A DNA stretch of 64,000 nucleotides, filler included, from Dirinaria sp. TL-2023a (Eukaryota), in NCBI GenBank assembly GCA_051941275.1. It is 6 parts of 6 records of this genome, joined end to end, with 100 filler letters (N's around TTAATTAATTAA, not from the genome) between each part and the next. Parts side by side here need not be neighbours in the genome. Positions count along the whole stretch, not along the records: positions 54,360 to 64,000 come from JAVEBF010001025.1; 5 more parts are not named here. One strand, 5' to 3'. The position numbers and the translations under genes were made by a program. The first letter of the stretch is position 1. Each line of letters begins with the position of its first letter. Under the pieces are notes generated by a model, which had not been told where the DNA came from, did no database searches, and saw nothing but the letters and a program-made list of their open reading frames with translations. This document shows positions 62,277-64,000 of this stretch, piece by piece.

Positions 62277-63509
62277 ATGAGCTCGCTGCCAGTCGAGACC
62301 TGGAACACCATCATTCAATATCTACAACTTGACAACAAAAGCCTGATGAATATTCGTGCAGTTTGTCGAGGATTATATGCTCTTGCAACATCGCTGCTTT
62401 TCTCAACAATCGACGTGCGCCTTGGAAACCATCAATACGGTTTCGTTGCAACATCAGTGACCCCAAACCTTGCCTCTTTAGTGAGAAGAATCAATTTCCA
62501 GGACGGAATTGCAACACCAATACATCATCGCTATCCCAGAAACGATTCTACAGCGTTGGACTGTCTCTACATGCTGATGACAAATTGCAGGTCGGACTTC
62601 TGTACTGACTTTCACATGCAGGGTCGGCTCCACGAAAATTTCTGGCCATCATCGGATGAGTCATGTGATAAGATGTTGCAATGGGGGCCTCATCCATCTC
62701 ATATTGCAAGATCCGTTAGATTCGAACTTAGAGGTGGCAATGTCATGAATATGAATGTGTTCCCGAATTTGGAGTGTGTTGAGACTGGCGCAGCAATCTT
62801 TCTGCAGGGGCCACAGTTTGCGTTCCTCGGACCAAAGCCGTGTTTTAGTTGCGAATGGACTGTACGCAGACATTCACCAAAGACTATAGATGTCTTCGTG
62901 GCCGTTGCGGATGCAATGGATGCCTGGGTGACCCGCATCGAATTGACGAAATTACGAGAGGTACTGTTATCTCGTGAGAAGTTCGAATATCCCCCGGTTG
63001 TGCCGAAGCTGGCACATCTCATCATCGACCTCTCCGAAACAGATTGTTGGGACGAGGACTCGAAACGAACCACGGATTTTGAGGCCAGCAGCGTCTTGGC
63101 TAGTTGGCTGGAACATCTGACCGGGCTACGGTCACTCGTCATTCGACAGAACCCACGCTTGACCCCAGCTCTTGATATCTTGGCGATGATCTGGATCTCG
63201 CCCGAGCCTCCGGATGTACTGAACACCGTCGAGCTTGATCATGCCACTTTCCACGGCGATTCGCTCTGTTCTTTCGTCAAACAACACCGGAAAAGCTTGG
63301 AGCAAGTCATTATCCGAAATCCCGTCATCGCTGAACGCGATTGGCAGAAGACACAGACATGGCTTACGGAAGAAAGCTCCGCTGGTTATACACTCCAGAT
63401 GAATCGAGAACCATACAAACCAGACAACGTGTCTCGCGAGAGGTGGGAAAGGAACTTTCGCGATAAGCACTGGCTCGTCCCGTATCATCCGATTCTAAAT
63501 GCATTCTAG
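62277..63509 (+). CDS. F-box protein with degenerate LRR/RNI-like C-terminus, intronless
   Basis: N-terminal MSSLPVETWNTIIQYLQLDNKSLMNIRAVCRGLYALATSLLF F-box pattern; LxxLxI units downstream. Confidence 0.8.
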   Translation: MSSLPVETWNTIIQYLQLDNKSLMNIRAVCRGLYALATSLLFSTIDVRLGNHQYGFVATSVTPNLASLVRRINFQDGIATPIHHRYPRNDSTALDCLYMLMTNCRSDFCTDFHMQGRLHENFWPSSDESCDKMLQWGPHPSHIARSVRFELRGGNVMNMNVFPNLECVETGAAIFLQGPQFAFLGPKPCFSCEWTVRRHSPKTIDVFVAVADAMDAWVTRIELTKLREVLLSREKFEYPPVVPKLAHLIIDLSETDCWDEDSKRTTDFEASSVLASWLEHLTGLRSLVIRQNPRLTPALDILAMIWISPEPPDVLNTVELDHATFHGDSLCSFVKQHRKSLEQVIIRNPVIAERDWQKTQTWLTEESSAGYTLQMNREPYKPDNVSRERWERNFRDKHWLVPYHPILNAF

Positions 63510-64000
63510 GAGGTGAACTGAAAAGAGAGTATGTGGCAAGCAAAAAAACTGGTATCAAGCCGGATTTGTTGCTGATTAGTAAAACCCATGGCAGGAGCTC
63601 GTCCCTCACATCTAGTGGAATGGATCATTATGGGGAATCAACAGAAAAAGGGAGAAAAGGTATGTGGGAGAAAGCCACCAAAAAAAAAAGAAGTTGCCAG
63701 CTGGAATATTGATATCAAAATAGACAGAAAGCAGCAGCCAATTCAAGCCTCGTAACGCTCTCCGATCGATCACAGAAGTGGCAGCGGATAACCATGATCC
63801 AAGCTCTATGAACAGACTTAAATCTAAAAAAAAAAAAAAAAAAAACATGTGAGGGGAAAAATGGTAAATATCCCATCAGCATTTTGGCAGGAATGACCCA
63901 AAACTATACATACACCTGACCTGTTCCATCTCATAGCGAGAGCCACGCTGATACTAGCTGTGATTTTGATAGCTAGCTACATATCCAGACAGAAGAGAAT

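Overview
Eukaryotic (filamentous ascomycete, Pezizomycotina-like) genomic DNA. The window is not one locus: it is six contigs of about 10.77 kb joined by artificial 100-nt spacers (44 N + TTAATTAATTAA + 44 N), so adjacency across spacers is meaningless. Most genes are spliceosomal-intron-containing housekeeping genes: DUF4291, ECM13-like, NDUFAF7, CDK11-like kinase, PhoD-like phosphatase, KEX2, GUT2, LIP5 (3' end), SUR7/PalI family, RAV2, MET1, deoxyribose-phosphate aldolase, SPOUT methyltransferase, SPC19, a 2OG-Fe(II) oxygenase, a multi-zinc-knuckle protein, a PgdA-like CE4 deacetylase, PHO84, an M18 aminopeptidase, a SAM methyltransferase and an F-box protein. Most notable: (i) a small 3-exon selenoprotein-K-like gene, missed by the ORF track, ending in CxxC instead of Sec; (ii) a ~2000-aa NACHT-TPR (NLR-like) gene; (iii) a decayed F-box paralog in tandem with an intact one; (iv) a 1-nt frameshift in the PhoD-like gene; (v) paired RNA hairpins around a 5'-UTR splice donor of the zinc-knuckle gene; (vi) a strongly clustered intergenic TAAGGTA/TACCTTA motif. 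No tRNA, rRNA, CRISPR array or intact transposon was recognised. All family assignments are from motif recognition by eye, not database searches.
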